A stretch of 64,000 nucleotides of DNA from NCBI GenBank assembly GCA_050084515.1, contig CM114271.1, forward strand, positions 39,866,001 to 39,930,000, written 5' to 3'. Source of the DNA: Blasia pusilla. Its lineage: Eukaryota. The position numbers were made by a program, and so were the translations under genes. A model generated the notes under the pieces. That model saw nothing but the letters and a program-made list of their open reading frames with translations, did not search any database and was not told the origin of the DNA. Each line of letters starts with the position of its first letter. Position 1 is the first letter of the stretch. Below, piece after piece: positions 1 through 12,129 of this stretch.

Positions 1-41
1 CGTTTGCAAGCACTAAAATTTGAAAATGAGTAGAAACCGTT

Positions 42-554
42 TGTAACGTCTTTTAGGATATATCGGTGAGATCTAGTAGAGCGCCTTCGTGAGTAGTGGA
101 GGACAAAATCAGTAGATTGAGGATGACGTGCTGAGGCCCCGGGAAACCTGAGAGAGCAGGTTTCCCCTTCGTTTCGGCTCATTTGGAGCCATATTGAGGA
201 ACTTACTATTTTAGGTAAGTACCATTTTGAGTATATGATCGACTTTCTATTTTTGGTAAGTGGCCCTTGACCTCCTACATCAGGTCAAGAGCCAAGGAGG
301 TGACTTGGGAGAATAGGTTATCATGGAGAGAGCTTGGGAGAGGGGAGGGTATACCTCAACGAGAGAGAGCTTGAGAGCTCATTCTCTTTTTGTTGAACCT
401 CTTCGCATGAGGTGGCGGAGCTATGGTCCCTTGCCTTGTGAGTGTAATCCAAGCCTCTCATTAGGAGAGTGGGTTTGTTTTGACATGAGAGAGAATACAC
501 ACATTTGAGAGCTATGGTGTGAGATGGTGTAGAGAGAGATTGGATCTTACTTTA
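42..554 (+). repeat. Terminal repeat A1 (about 513 bp)
   Basis: Near-identical to 12130-12645; the same ORF translation (STRESLRAHSLFVEPLRMRWRSYG...) appears in both. Confidence 0.93.
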
Positions 555-1095
555 CAAAGAGAGAATGAGAGAGTGAGAGAGCTTCATGGGGGATCTCGCT
601 GGTCATTTGCTAAATTGTTCTAACCCTAAAAACCAGCCGCCACGCCGGCAGCGGCCGTCGCCGTCATAGTCATCGTCAACGGTCTGCCATCGACGGTCAA
701 CCATCACCGTCACCATCAGCGGTCAAACGTCACCGTCAACGGTCCACCGTCCGTTGTCCACCCTTTGGTTGCCATTTCCGCCATTACGAAGTGGAGGGTC
801 TTCCACGACGTTCGTTGATTCTCTGACTTGCGTCGCCACCACGTACTTTGTTTTGGTCGCCACTGTCATCGTAGTTTCCTCATCAACCAGTGATGGCGGA
901 TGACCTCCGGTTATGGTGTTTGAGTTCTTAATTCATGTTGCTATGTTGTGATTGGTAGCCGCTCGACGACGATCGAATACCGTGCCTTGACGCCCTGTAG
1001 CCGCAACGCATCGCCGATTGCCGCACCGTCTCGATCGCGGAGCCGCACCGTCATTATTGAGCAGAGTGTGGGTTTATTGTTGATTGAGGAGGGTA

Positions 1096-1212
1096 TGCCG
1101 CCGAGTGCCGCATCCCACCATCGAGGTCCGTGCCGTTCGTAGCCGTTTCGTGCCGCCGAGTGCCGCATCCCACCATCGAGGATCGTGCCGTTCGTAACCG
1201 TTCCGTGCCGCC
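1096..1212 (+). repeat. 55-bp GC-rich tandem duplication in the retroelement leader
   Basis: tgccgccgagtgccgcatcccaccatcgagg... starts at 1096 and again at 1151. Confidence 0.9.
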
Positions 1213-1706
1213 TGCAATGTCGCACCGTTCCGCTGGAACCGCACTATCCATCAAGGAGTTTTAAGCATCATTAGTACGGGAGGAATATGACTTGATGATT
1301 GGAGGAGTTGTCTCCACGACCGAGTTGGGGTCGAGATTTGCAGTTGCTGAGGAGCGACATCGACATGTGTTCAGGTTACCCGGCCATTCTGGTCCTTTAC
1401 CCTGCACGTGTGAGGGATTCTGGGATTTGGGTAGTTTATTTGGGGATATTGGGTGTGTGGATGCTAAGAGCATCATTTATGCATATGGTTTAGGGGACAT
1501 AGACTTGTGTGGGATGTCCGGAGTTGAGGGTAGGTTGTCGATGAGATAATAGCCTGGTCGATTTGCCGCACCACGCCGCTTGTTGCCGCACGTTAGACGT
1601 CTTGGGGAGGGAGGGTGTAGATCGAGTGCCGCATGTTTGGGATGAGTGATTGAGGGATTACTCGCGAGGTTGAGAGTGATTGTGTGAGAGGGGCACGAGG
1701 GTCATC

Positions 1707-3380
1707 ACGGAGTCTGTTCGGGACTTTGAGAGGCGAGGTGGTGAACTCGAGAGTAGCTCTAGAGGTTTTACGTGGAGTGACGCGAGGTTCCGAGGGTCTC
1801 CATGTGAGGGACCACCTTGACCTCCTTCTGTGTCATCGTCAGACAAGGGGGAGGGTGTAGAGGAGTTTGTGAGCACATCGCCACACATTGTGAGTGGTCC
1901 TACCAGTTGGGCGTATGAGATGGACGACCGGGGTAGAGGACCGCGTAGGTTTTCAGATGCAGTAGGCACGATTGAGTTGCACGATTTCATAGCAGAGTTT
2001 AGGAGTTGGTACGACTCCTAGCGGGCCAGGAACTCTAGAGAGTTCAACCCGTTTACATCATGGAACGGTATGTTCTAACATTTAGAGGGGGCGCCCATGG
2101 ACGATTACCATGAGTTCTCTCAGAGATATGCACATGAGATCGAGGCGTGGAGGCTCTACTATGACCTACATTATGTGTCATGGACGGAGCCATTCCCAGA
2201 TGAGGAGGAAGACTCAAGAGAGGCTACTTCCTCTTCCACTAGTGATGTTTTAGGAGGGGTCACTCGCACGGGAGCAGTTGCACCATCTAGTCGGGTTCGT
2301 CCCAGGTTCAACCCTGTGGTTGAGTTCTTGGCTGAGTTGAGGGTGAGCTACCAGGGGGTACAGACGGAGAAGTTGCGGAGCATCCACGACTTCTAGAGCC
2401 GCCCGGGTGAGAGTTTGCGTGAGGCTTACACTCGCTTGCGCCGGTTGATCAACGTCACTTAGGGGTTGACAGAGGCTCAGGCTATCCAGTCATGGTACGC
2501 GATGCTGGACCGGACCCTGCGAACACGGGTGTGGGAGGGGGTGCTTCGTATGAACACCTCCCCTACGTTGAGAGATTTTTTTAGGACCGCCAAGAACATT
2601 GAGCGCAACATGGCGGAGGAGAGCGTAGCCACCATGGGTTTTGGGCGAGAGCAGTCACGATTGTGTGCACCACCTGTGCAGCAACGTGGACCCCGAGATA
2701 GGTCGACTGTGGCACCACGAGCTCAGGGAGGATACCGGGAGGCCATGCCACATAGACCTGCGACTTCATATGCGGCTCAGCAGCAGCCGCCTACTATTAC
2801 TTGTTGGTCATATGGTGGAGCCCATCATCAACGCGATTGCACTCGTCAGGGTTGTGGACGTGTGCCTCAGCGTGGAGGAGGAGATGTCGCTGCACCAGGA
2901 GGTTATTAGTGTGACTATTGTGAGAGGTATGGTCATACATGCGCCAAGTGTTTCAGTTTACATCCTGAGTTACGTCCGGACCGAGGGCCAGAGAGAGCAC
3001 CAGAGCGAGTAGTCGGTCCGAATGGGGCTAGAGATCTGCACCAGGTGGTCTCGTTGGGGGACGAGGAGCAAGAGTTTCCCGACAGGGTGGTGGAGCTGCC
3101 CGTGGAGGAGGTAGAGTACCACCACCTAGACGCGCCGAGGGAGACGCCGGATGTGAGGCTGGGATGGCTGCTCAAATACAGCAACTACATGAGCAGATTT
3201 CCGCTATGGCATTGAGGTTACCCGATGCCGCATCCGTGGCATCAACATCATATGGAGCAACCAGAGATATGGAGGATCCTGGTTGGGTGTGCGGGGTTTC
3301 CCAGATGGAGGTCGCCGCAGTTGTGACACATGGAGCAGCCGCTGAGTTGGATCCACAGCGAGGGGAAGCCAGAAAATAGA
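1707..3380 (+). pseudogene. Gag (capsid-like region plus two CCHC-type zinc knuckles), disrupted
   Basis: F*SRPGESLREAY retrotransposon-Gag-like motif (~2391-2430); knuckles CWSYGGAHHQRDC and CDYCERYGHTCAKC. The start ATG of copy 2 (40053) is ACG here. Several in-frame stops. Confidence 0.8.
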
Positions 3381-3849
3381 CTAGGATTCCTCAGTCTTTC
3401 ACGTTGTCCGAAGCGATGAGGACCCCATCAATGGGTCCTCATCAAAGTTCCTGGAGAGTTGGTGATGTTGTTGGTGCGCAAGCACGGAGGGCGATAGGAG
3501 AAGCGAGTGTGAAGACTCCTACTGTTGATGCTCAGGAGGGGCATGTGTCGAGCACGTTGTTGGGGGCGGCCACCATTGTGTACCGCGCTCCTTTATTTTC
3601 TGCTTCCGATGTTATGATGTTGAGGGGTACGCCCTCCGAGGCTTTTTGGCTGGCCGCTACACTATATGAGCGTGGAGTTGTAGTTCTTGCATCACGTTCA
3701 AAGGTGATTGCAAAGGAGGTAATGGACCTGCCCTTGGAGCGGATGCTCGGGCCGTCCACGTCAGATTCATGGCAGGGTGCAACTGCTAGGATGGCGGAGA
3801 TGCCCACTAGACCCACGATAGAGCATGCCATGGCTTCTCCTGGTGTTGT

Positions 3850-4300
3850 GTTGATGGATAACCAAGGAGAGGTCTTCCAGTTGGTGAGCCCTGGAGGTAG
3901 AGCTTTTAGTCCGCAGCGCGTCTTGTTGGATTCAAGAGCGCAACCCCTGATGTTGGGGAAAGCGTCATTCAGAGGATTGGGCTTGACGAGAGTTGATGTG
4001 GAGCGTTGTCCATTCCGGATACAGACATCCTTGGGTGGAGCAAGTACCACACAGTATATCACCCAACAGGAGGTTGTGGTGAGGATTCTCGGGACATCCC
4101 TGATGATGAGTTCGTAGTGCGAGCCAAGGCGATAGTGATCGTCGCAGAGTCCCACGGCGTCTTGGTTGGTGGAGCGATGTTATATCCGATGGGGTTTCCT
4201 TGGATTCCGGGAGGAGTCGAGGCCAGGATGGCGTTAGGTGATGGCGCCTTAGCTCATTACCCGTTCGATTCACAGGTGCAGTGATCGAGCAATGGTCAGG
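3850..4300 (+). pseudogene. Retropepsin-type aspartic protease
   Basis: VLLDSRAQPLMLG (copy 2 reads VLLDSGEQPLMLG) matches D-S/T-G; downstream VLVGG flap-like motif. Confidence 0.75.
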
Positions 4301-4383
4301 AGAGATGGCAACCTTAGCAGCATTTAGCAGTGCCATCACTTGGCCTAGTGGTTTGATTGAGGGACATGTCCATGCAGAGGATG

Positions 4384-7336
4384 CAAAGAATATTGTACAT
4401 CTTGCAATACGTTAAGCTTTGTACTATACACATCTGCCGCCATACTGTGGGTAAGTTGTTCTTTCTCTAGGAAAGGTTTGAAAAGGCCTTCTACATTAAA
4501 GGATGGCAGGATTACAAGACCAAGTGTAGGACTTGGTAACTCAATCCAGGGCATGCACTGTGCAAACAACTCATTCACTCTCAAGTTCACCAATAAAACA
4601 TTATGTACTTATCTATACATGAAGTCAGAATCAAATAGCAAAAGTGGTTGTATATTCCACGCAACAAGTGGACAATCAAGCAGTGAGCCGATCTGGAAAA
4701 ATTATGTATGAAACCCTTTGTACTTTGTCTCAATCCCTAGGCGAGAATCGACAAGAGACAATAGTTATAGATACAACGGCTATACCAAAAGTATCTCCCG
4801 TTTGTAGAAAGGAGTCATGTAGATGTTATGTCATGTTAGAGGTGTGCTCAAATTTCTAAACGTAATGGGCATAAGCACAATAAAAAATCATGAAGAAGCT
4901 AGACGATTATCATATGTAATGTACTTCATGAAAACATGTACAACCATTGGGAAGCATGTAAGTACACCACTTAAGTGTCCTACCCAGAGTACAACGATAA
5001 ATGTAAGTTTTTAAAGCATGGAACAGACCAGTGAAGTATTTCACAGATACCAGAAGCTATAAGGGATGAATAAATCCTTGCTATACATGATTCAAAAATT
5101 GCATATGGCAAACATTACAACTACACATCTACCTTTGCTTAGTATTAGATATCAGCTACACAAGGAAATGAATCTTAGAGAGCAAAACATGATCACTATA
5201 TTCAGACAAGTACCTGAATCTGTATGCGTACTTCAAAGAATGTTGTGTCCAACTACAGGTAAGCAACATACATTAGTGAACGTCCGAACCTATGATACAC
5301 ACCACTTTTATATATCCACTACACCCAAGAATACCGGTTTTTACTATTACACCAGTCAAATAAACTGACCTATACAACATGTTTGCCACAAGCGCTAGCC
5401 ACAAATCATACCACGTAAAATAAACTTAAGAATTATATGGGGATCTATTTTGAAAGTATTTTCGCCGCAATAAATGCCTCTACAGAGCTTGTGGTAGCAA
5501 TTTAGTATTGTGGGGCATCTCAATTTTGTGCATGTAAGGCCAATATACACAAGTCCAAAAAGTGTTTATTGATACATTTGTCAAAGGCATGAAAAGATAA
5601 GAAACTACACCATTGAATGAAGTCCATAACCTTGCAGCTTCATAAAATCCCTAAGCATGTTGATCCAAGATTGTAGTTTGTTAAAATGTTGAGGAATATC
5701 GTGACGATATAGTCACATTAAGAATTGTAAAAATTACCACTCAAACGACACTGGACTTAACCAAAACCACATGTGGTCTTTCTATAGCTCAAATCACTAG
5801 AGCACACAAATTGAAAACTTGTATTCAATTCTGAAACCTCAATACCACAGCCAACATGCATACTCCTTACATACTTATTCGTACTATGTATTGTTTTTTA
5901 GTGTGCTATCTTATCTCAAATCTCCACATACTGAAAAAATAAATAATCTAACCTATAAAACACCTTTGTGCTACCCAATCATAAAAACTATTAAACCACC
6001 ACCACTGAACTTCTTAATAATCAAACAAGACATCGAACTACAGCCATAGGCCCTTGTAGTCCCTTTGTATCTAGAATTACGGCTCAATCCACACTGAAAG
6101 TCTCTTTTTTGTCCTAAAACCTCATAACCCTAAGCAGCATCAATACTCTCGAGAATCCCATTTGAATCCCGTCTTGCTTGTTACTTTACTATTTGAATTT
6201 GATAGCTATAGGGTCACATGAGATCGGAAGTGTTGTTGTTGCAAGAAATGCTCCTATACAACTCATTGTGGGGATTCGGTATGGTGAGCTACGCCAACCT
6301 GGAGAATGAAGCAACCTAAATGCAAGCCAACATCTCTGGTTTAATACACACTTGTATCCACATAAAAAAACTATAGGAACCGCCATTGCTGAGCTACGCA
6401 TGGATGTTTGACATAATCATGCTAGCGAAGTTCAATTAGCTTGAGGAAAACTGTGGATAAGGTCTTAGGTGAAAATAAAGCAATAGAAGATAAGGAATAG
6501 TGCAAAGCTCATAAGGTACATAACCAAGAGTGATGGTGGATGGAGACAACCTAATTCTACAGTAAGTTAAATCAAACGCATAACACAAAAGGTAACTAAG
6601 ATGGAAGGTGCCTCAATTGCCACTGAGCTTGCGTTGTTCCTCGAATGCTATAAGTAATCAAAGGAGACAAAGAGGGATTGGGCTACAGCAAGCACAATTG
6701 CGGTAGTTCCAAAGCGAGAGGCATTGTTGGGGTTTAGGGTGCGGATGTCATTAGGTGTAGCAATGATAGTTGGGCATCACTTAAGTGCGTCGTAAAGCTA
6801 GGATCGGGTGCATGACGCAAAACAACTCTAAGCATGGAAGTTACCTGGTTTGCTATAGCTGTTGAAGTCGGCCGCGTACCCTAGAACTGAAAATGATGTC
6901 TATGGATCAACGCTTTGTGCACAAAAAAGCACAACCAAAGTGAAGCTCACTCTATCTAGACAATAGCGTATAGTACGTGCACATGCGTTTAACAATGTCA
7001 CAAAATTATGTTGTTGCAACGTGAGCAAACACAATGGACAATCGGCCCTTACCTTAGCACAAATTTTCTGCCCTAGTAGGAGTTTCGGTCGGGAGCTATA
7101 CTTTAATAGAGGTAGAAAAGAAAACAAGGCTAAGCCGGATCGTGCAAAGTCACTAAACCTCGAATACGCCAAGTGTGATAAGGGGTACAATGCTCTCGAG
7201 ATTTGGACACCCTCACGGGATAGTGGTTCAATTGCGGCACACACACCCGGCCGATCTTCCGACTAGTTTCGACGCAAAATGTTGCCGCCGCTTGTTGTGG
7301 GGCTCACCGAGAGCCGACAATTGGGAGATTGCATCA
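4384..7336. other. About 2.95-kb AT-rich insertion of unknown origin inside copy 1 pol
   Basis: Alignment with copy 2 breaks after ...catgcagaggat (~4383) and resumes at gcgtggagc (7337). About 125 bp of copy 2 (42445-42570) has no counterpart here. Confidence 0.8.
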
Positions 7337-7447
7337 GCGTGGAGCGAGGCGTTTGCACCGGAGCGTGAGGGGTCTGAGGAACCCAAGGTAGCAGGGAGTG
7401 CTACGATGACACCCTTGGATACCACACCCATTGTGTGGTGTACCCGG

Positions 7448-8420
7448 GAGGAGGGTATTCGAGTGTTAGATCTCTTTGGAGGGATTAGCATCGAGTTAGC
7501 TGTTGTTTTGCAGGCATGAGTGCGAGTACATCGGTATATGTATGTGGAGAGTGATGATGTTGCGAGGTGCGTCTCACTACGGCATGTGGCGCAATTACGC
7601 CTACGTTTTCCCAACTTATTATCTGCATCCGCAGTACAAGGGTACCAGAGTTCCCTACCGAGGGATATTTCGTTGTTGGGGGCGCAGGACTTAGAGCGGG
7701 TAGGGACCATTGATTTGGTCATTTTTGGTTGGCCATGTCAGGGCCAATCGAGTGCTGGATGAGGCAGCGGGTTGGCTCACACTCGGTCCAGGTTGTTTTG
7801 GGAGATGTTGAGGGTCTTACGGCAGTTACAAGAGCACCAATCTTGTTCTCCAGCCTACATTCTCGAGAATGTGCCGATCTTAGGAGACTCCAGGTCACGG
7901 GTGGTGAGGAGTGTTCATCAGGTGCGTGCCTAGAGCGGCCCAGCAGTATTCTTGGATGCGTTGAGTGTAGGTTCTAGAGCCCATCGCCGCGTCTATGGTG
8001 GACCAACTTGGTGTCCCATGCGGTGTTACAGAGGGCATATGCGAGAGTGGAGCGCCCCTCCCATTTGTTAGTGGATTCCATTCTAGATCTAGCTCATCGA
8101 TCAGAGGCAGTGAGGCACGATGATCGACTACCGTTGATTGTGGTCAACAGGGTAGGCAGGCCCCGAGCAGCCTTTCCCACGTTTGTGAGTTTTCCCGCTT
8201 CCTATGCATACAAGGAGGACGGTACTGGCTTGGTTTGGGATGACCAGGTTCAGAGGTTGATGGAGCCCAACGCCAACGAGAGAGAGCGGGCGATGGGATT
8301 TCCCCCAGGAGTGATGGCAGTCCCGTCAATATCAGAGGCATCACGATGCCATGTCTTGGGTCAAGCGATGGACCTGAACTGCTTGACATGGATCTTCAGC
8401 TTGGGAGTGGCTGAGCAACG
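7448..8420 (+). pseudogene. DNMT3-like C5 cytosine DNA methyltransferase domain within Pol (copy 1)
   Basis: Motif I IRVLDLFGG (~7454-7483); motif II YVESD; motif IV IDLVIFGWPCQG (Cys codon 7736-7738); motif VI YILENV (Glu 7865); motif VIII AHRxRLWWTNL; motif IX ERERAMGFP; motif X RCHVLGQAMD. Canonical, unpermuted order. Three in-frame stops and one frameshift. Confidence 0.92.
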
Positions 8421-8744
8421 TCGGATGAGATCGCGACAGATCACAGCGGTTGCGTTGGTGAGCCTTATGCCTACCGAGACGGTGGAGGCAGTGGCTGGGG
8501 AGGAGACCCGAGGAGATCGACACACCAGGGGAGATCAAGAGAGACACCCTTCGACTTCTTGGGATGTTTTGCAGGTATGCCAGGAGATGATAGCCACAAC
8601 ATCGAGGGTGGTTTCGGGCACTGCACATGGAGGAGATTAGAGTTTGCATTTGGCTGCATGAGAGCGGCTGAGTGTTGTTGTTTGAGATGGGGTTGCACCA
8701 TAGCAACCATCGATACCCGTGCCGGAGAGTCCTACCGTAGTCAC

Positions 8745-10170
8745 GATGGAGATTTGGGAGCCAAATATGGGCCCTAAGTTCACAAGAGGAGAGCGGCGCT
8801 GAATACATCAATTCCTCAAGAGTTATAGGAGCATCTTTGCGTTTAGCATGGAGGATTTGGGTACGCTGAAGGGACCGGGATCTGCATTGAGTTGTTGAGT
8901 GATACACCGATCTTTCGACGACCCTACAGGTACACTCATATGGAGAGGGCTATGATTCAGAGTAGGAGCCAGGACTTGGTCGGAGCAAGACTAGTGAAGA
9001 TATCGCATGGGGAGTATGCATCTACCACTGTCATGCCCACCAAGAAGGATGTGCATGGCAACTTGACGGATAGGCGGATGTGTGGGGATTACCAACCTAT
9101 CAATCGGAAGACGAAGTCTGATAGGTATGCCATGCCTAATCGCTTCTTTGATACGATTGGTCATGCAAAGGTCTTCAGTTCATTGGATTTGAGAGCCAGA
9201 TACCATCAACTGCTTATCAGATTGGAGGACAGGCAAAAGACGGCATTTTGGGGCATCGATCCTCACGGGAAGGATTGTTTATACCAGTAGCGGTTCTTAC
9301 CATTTGGGTTAAAGAACGCCCCGGCTGAGTTTCAGAGGGTCATGGATAGGATCTTGGTTGGTCTAGATTTTGCTAGGTGTTATATTGATGACATCGCAGT
9401 CTTTAGCGCCACGGTTGAGGAGCATGAGCAACAACTAGAGGAGGTGTTCCGACGATTGCAATTACATGGGCTGAAGCTACATCCAGGCAAGTGCAAGTTC
9501 TTCTAGGACCATATTGAGTATTTGGGTCATACGATATACCCAAGGGGCCTTGGTGTTCAGGAGACAAAGGTAGAGGCTATCTCACGCATTCCACGCCCTA
9601 CATATATGAGCCATGTTTGCGCATTCATGGGATTGGCGAACTTCTATCATCGATATGTCAAGGGATTCAGTTCGATTGCGAAGCCGCTGACCTTGCTGAC
9701 CAAGGTGGATCACGAGTGGCACTAAGGGGATGAGCAAGAGCGAGCATTTCAGTTGCTCAAGGACACGTTGACTTCCGCGCCCATCTTGAGGAGACCGATC
9801 AAGGGGCGTCCTTTCCAGTTGCACACAGATTGGAGCATGTTGGGGCTTGGAGTGGTGCTCACCCAACATGATGATGAGGGTAGAGAGTTTGTGGTGGCTT
9901 ATGCCGGCCGCTGGAACAACGCTGCAGAGGCAAAGTACAGCTCGTATGAAAGTGAGTGCTTGGCTGCGGTGTGGGCTGTCGCGCATTTCAGGTGTTACTT
10001 ATTCGGCAATCCCTTTACCATCATCACTGATCATCAACCACTGAAGTGGTTGATGGAGTGGGACAAGCTTACAGGGAAGCTTGCGAGATGGGCTCTGTTG
10101 TTGCAGGAGTATGATTTGCAAGTGGTACATAGACCTCGGACGCTCAACCAGGATGCAGATGGGTTGAGTC
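8745..10170 (+). pseudogene. Reverse transcriptase and RNase H (copy 1)
   Basis: PIFRRPYR, RMCGDYQPIN, FSSLDLRARYHQ, PFGLKNAPAEFQR, CYIDD (~9378-9392); RNase H motifs LHTDWS, YSSYESECLA, IITDHQPL, NQDADGLSR. Confidence 0.95.
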
Positions 10171-10559
10171 GTAACCCATGCCCGAGTCAGCGAGATGCGA
10201 TTGGAGCTCGATGGCATGGAGAGAGTGATCACAAGTCGGTGCCAGGAGGGCACGCGTCAGCCTATTTAGGCATGTTGGCTATGGAGAGCCAGAGTGTGGA
10301 GACTTCAATGGCGAGGTCTAGTGGAGAGTCCTTGGATCCCGAGGCCAGTGAGGAGACGATAAGTGGCCGAGATATTCATGATGATGGAGTAGTCTTGGAG
10401 TACCTTCGTATTGGCAGCGTTGCGAGCACCGTGGATGCTAGAGAGCGGGATCAGATCCTACAGCGGGCCAGACGGTTCCGTTGGGAGGGGACACATGTTT
10501 TGAGGGTTTGGAAGGATGGTAGAGTCCGCGTAGTGACGCATCCTTCGCAGAGAGCACGA

Positions 10560-11620
10560 CTAGTGCAGCATGCCTACGAAGAGTTGGGTCACTTTGGGAT
10601 GAAGCGGACGTACAGCTTGCTCCAGATTCAGTATTGGTGGCGAGGCATGCAGACTGACCTTCAGCAGTTTGTTGCCAAGTGCATGGTGTGTGATCAGGTC
10701 CGAGCATTGTTCAATGCTCCGACTCCACAGGTCCATCCATTACCGATCATGGGCTTAGGGTATAGATGGAGTTTGGATTTTGGAGGACCTTTTCCTTTTA
10801 CGGAGCGTTACAGTCGTTATGTGTTGGTGATGGTCGAGCACTTCTCAAAGTTTATCAAGTTGGTTGCATTGTCTGTCAAAGCGAGTGAGGGAGTAGCTTA
10901 TGCCTTCCTTGACAGAGTGTTGAGTCATTATGGCGCACTGGCTAAGGTGTTGACAGACTAGGGTACGGAATTTCGCGGTGAGTTCCAGGCCTTGTGTGAT
11001 CAGGCGCTAATCGACCATCGCACGACTTCGCGAGATCATCTTGAGGTGGATGGATTAGCGGAGAGAGTTGTGCAGATGGTGAAGAGGGGTTTACACAAGT
11101 ATGGCTTGTAGAGAGGTCACCTAGGAGATTGGGACCTCCAGTTGCCCTGGTTGGCGATGGGATACAGATTCAGCAGGCAGGCATCCTTAGCGTCTTTTTC
11201 ACCGTACTTTCTACTTTGTGGCCGACAGCCAGATTTACCTACAGCCATTCGTCGAGATGCTGGTGAGGTGCTGGACCTTGATGACCCAGATGTATGGATG
11301 TGAGCATGTTCTCAGAGGGCTTAGTTGTTTTGGAGAGTGATGCCCATGGCGTTCGAGAACTTGGCGATTGCGCAACATCGGGATACGTTGAGGTATGCGA
11401 CTATTCGGGGGTGGTGGTTATCGACCAAGTATCCGGAGGTTTCATCAGGGAGACTATGTCTACTTGCAGCAGATGGCACCGACGACGTTGGATGTGACTG
11501 CAGAGCGCACTATCATGAGAGTTCGTGACGTTTTGCCATCCGGTGTTCTCTTGTTGGAAGGACGCGATGGTATGGTATGGAAGGACCATGTGCGTAATTG
11601 TGCGTAATGTCACCTTCCTA
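10560..11620 (+). pseudogene. DDE (rve) integrase with H2C2 zinc-binding region and GPY/F-like tail (copy 1)
   Basis: HAYEELGHFG...CMVC; WSLDFGGP; VLVMVEHFSK; VLTD*GTEF; DGLAERVVQMVKRGL; RRFHQGDYVYL. Confidence 0.93.
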
Positions 11621-11672
11621 AAATTTATGGTACATTAGTCCAAGCTTAGCAGTAGTTCCTGCAGGCTTGCGT

Positions 11673-11813
11673 TGTATGTTGTGTGGTTCTGCCCGTGGTG
11701 CGGCCACGATGCTAGTCTGTGATGGATGTTCGAGAGGTTGGCATATGGCATGTCTGACGCCACCTCTCACTAGGATTCCTTGGGGACGATGGATGTGTCC
11801 CACATGTACATAG
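11673..11813 (+). pseudogene. C-terminal PHD finger of the polyprotein (copy 1)
   Basis: CMLCGSARGAATMLVCDGCSRGWHMACLTPPLTRIPWGRWMCPTCT* has a C4-H-C3 pattern with WxCPxC. Confidence 0.93.
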
Positions 11814-11999
11814 ACGAGATACTAGGTGGGTTTCAATTTCAACTTTTTCTTTGACATGGATGACAGGAAGGCGACTAACGATGGGGCCAAATGAGCACCC
11901 GGCCTTCTTGCTCTTAGTGTCCGAGAGATGTATGTCATGGTAGGTAGGGATGGATGGCTATCTGGAGTTAGAGGGACCTAGCCACCAGCTCGGGAGGCG

Positions 12000-12127
12000 A
12001 TTGGAGATATTTTAGTACTTCTTGTCTCATTGTTTGGATGCCATGAGTTATCATGGGATCGTGCGTGTTTGTGTGTATGTTTAGTTACAGCGATGCATGT
12101 TGTGTAGCGATGTGTATACGCACGACA
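12000..12127 (+). repeat. Terminal repeat B1 (128 bp)
   Basis: attggagatattttagtac...cacgaca; matches 12646-12773, 46969-47096 and 47288-47415. Confidence 0.92.
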
Positions 12128-12129
12128 GC

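Noticed and set aside
323-508. Small ORFs repeated at 323 and 12357
   Set aside because: They are incidental frames inside repeat A.
7448-8420. Host DNMT3/DRM gene or bacterial restriction-modification contamination
   Set aside because: It is intronless, embedded at the same Pol position in two separate insertions, has no partner nuclease, and is surrounded by spliced plant genes.
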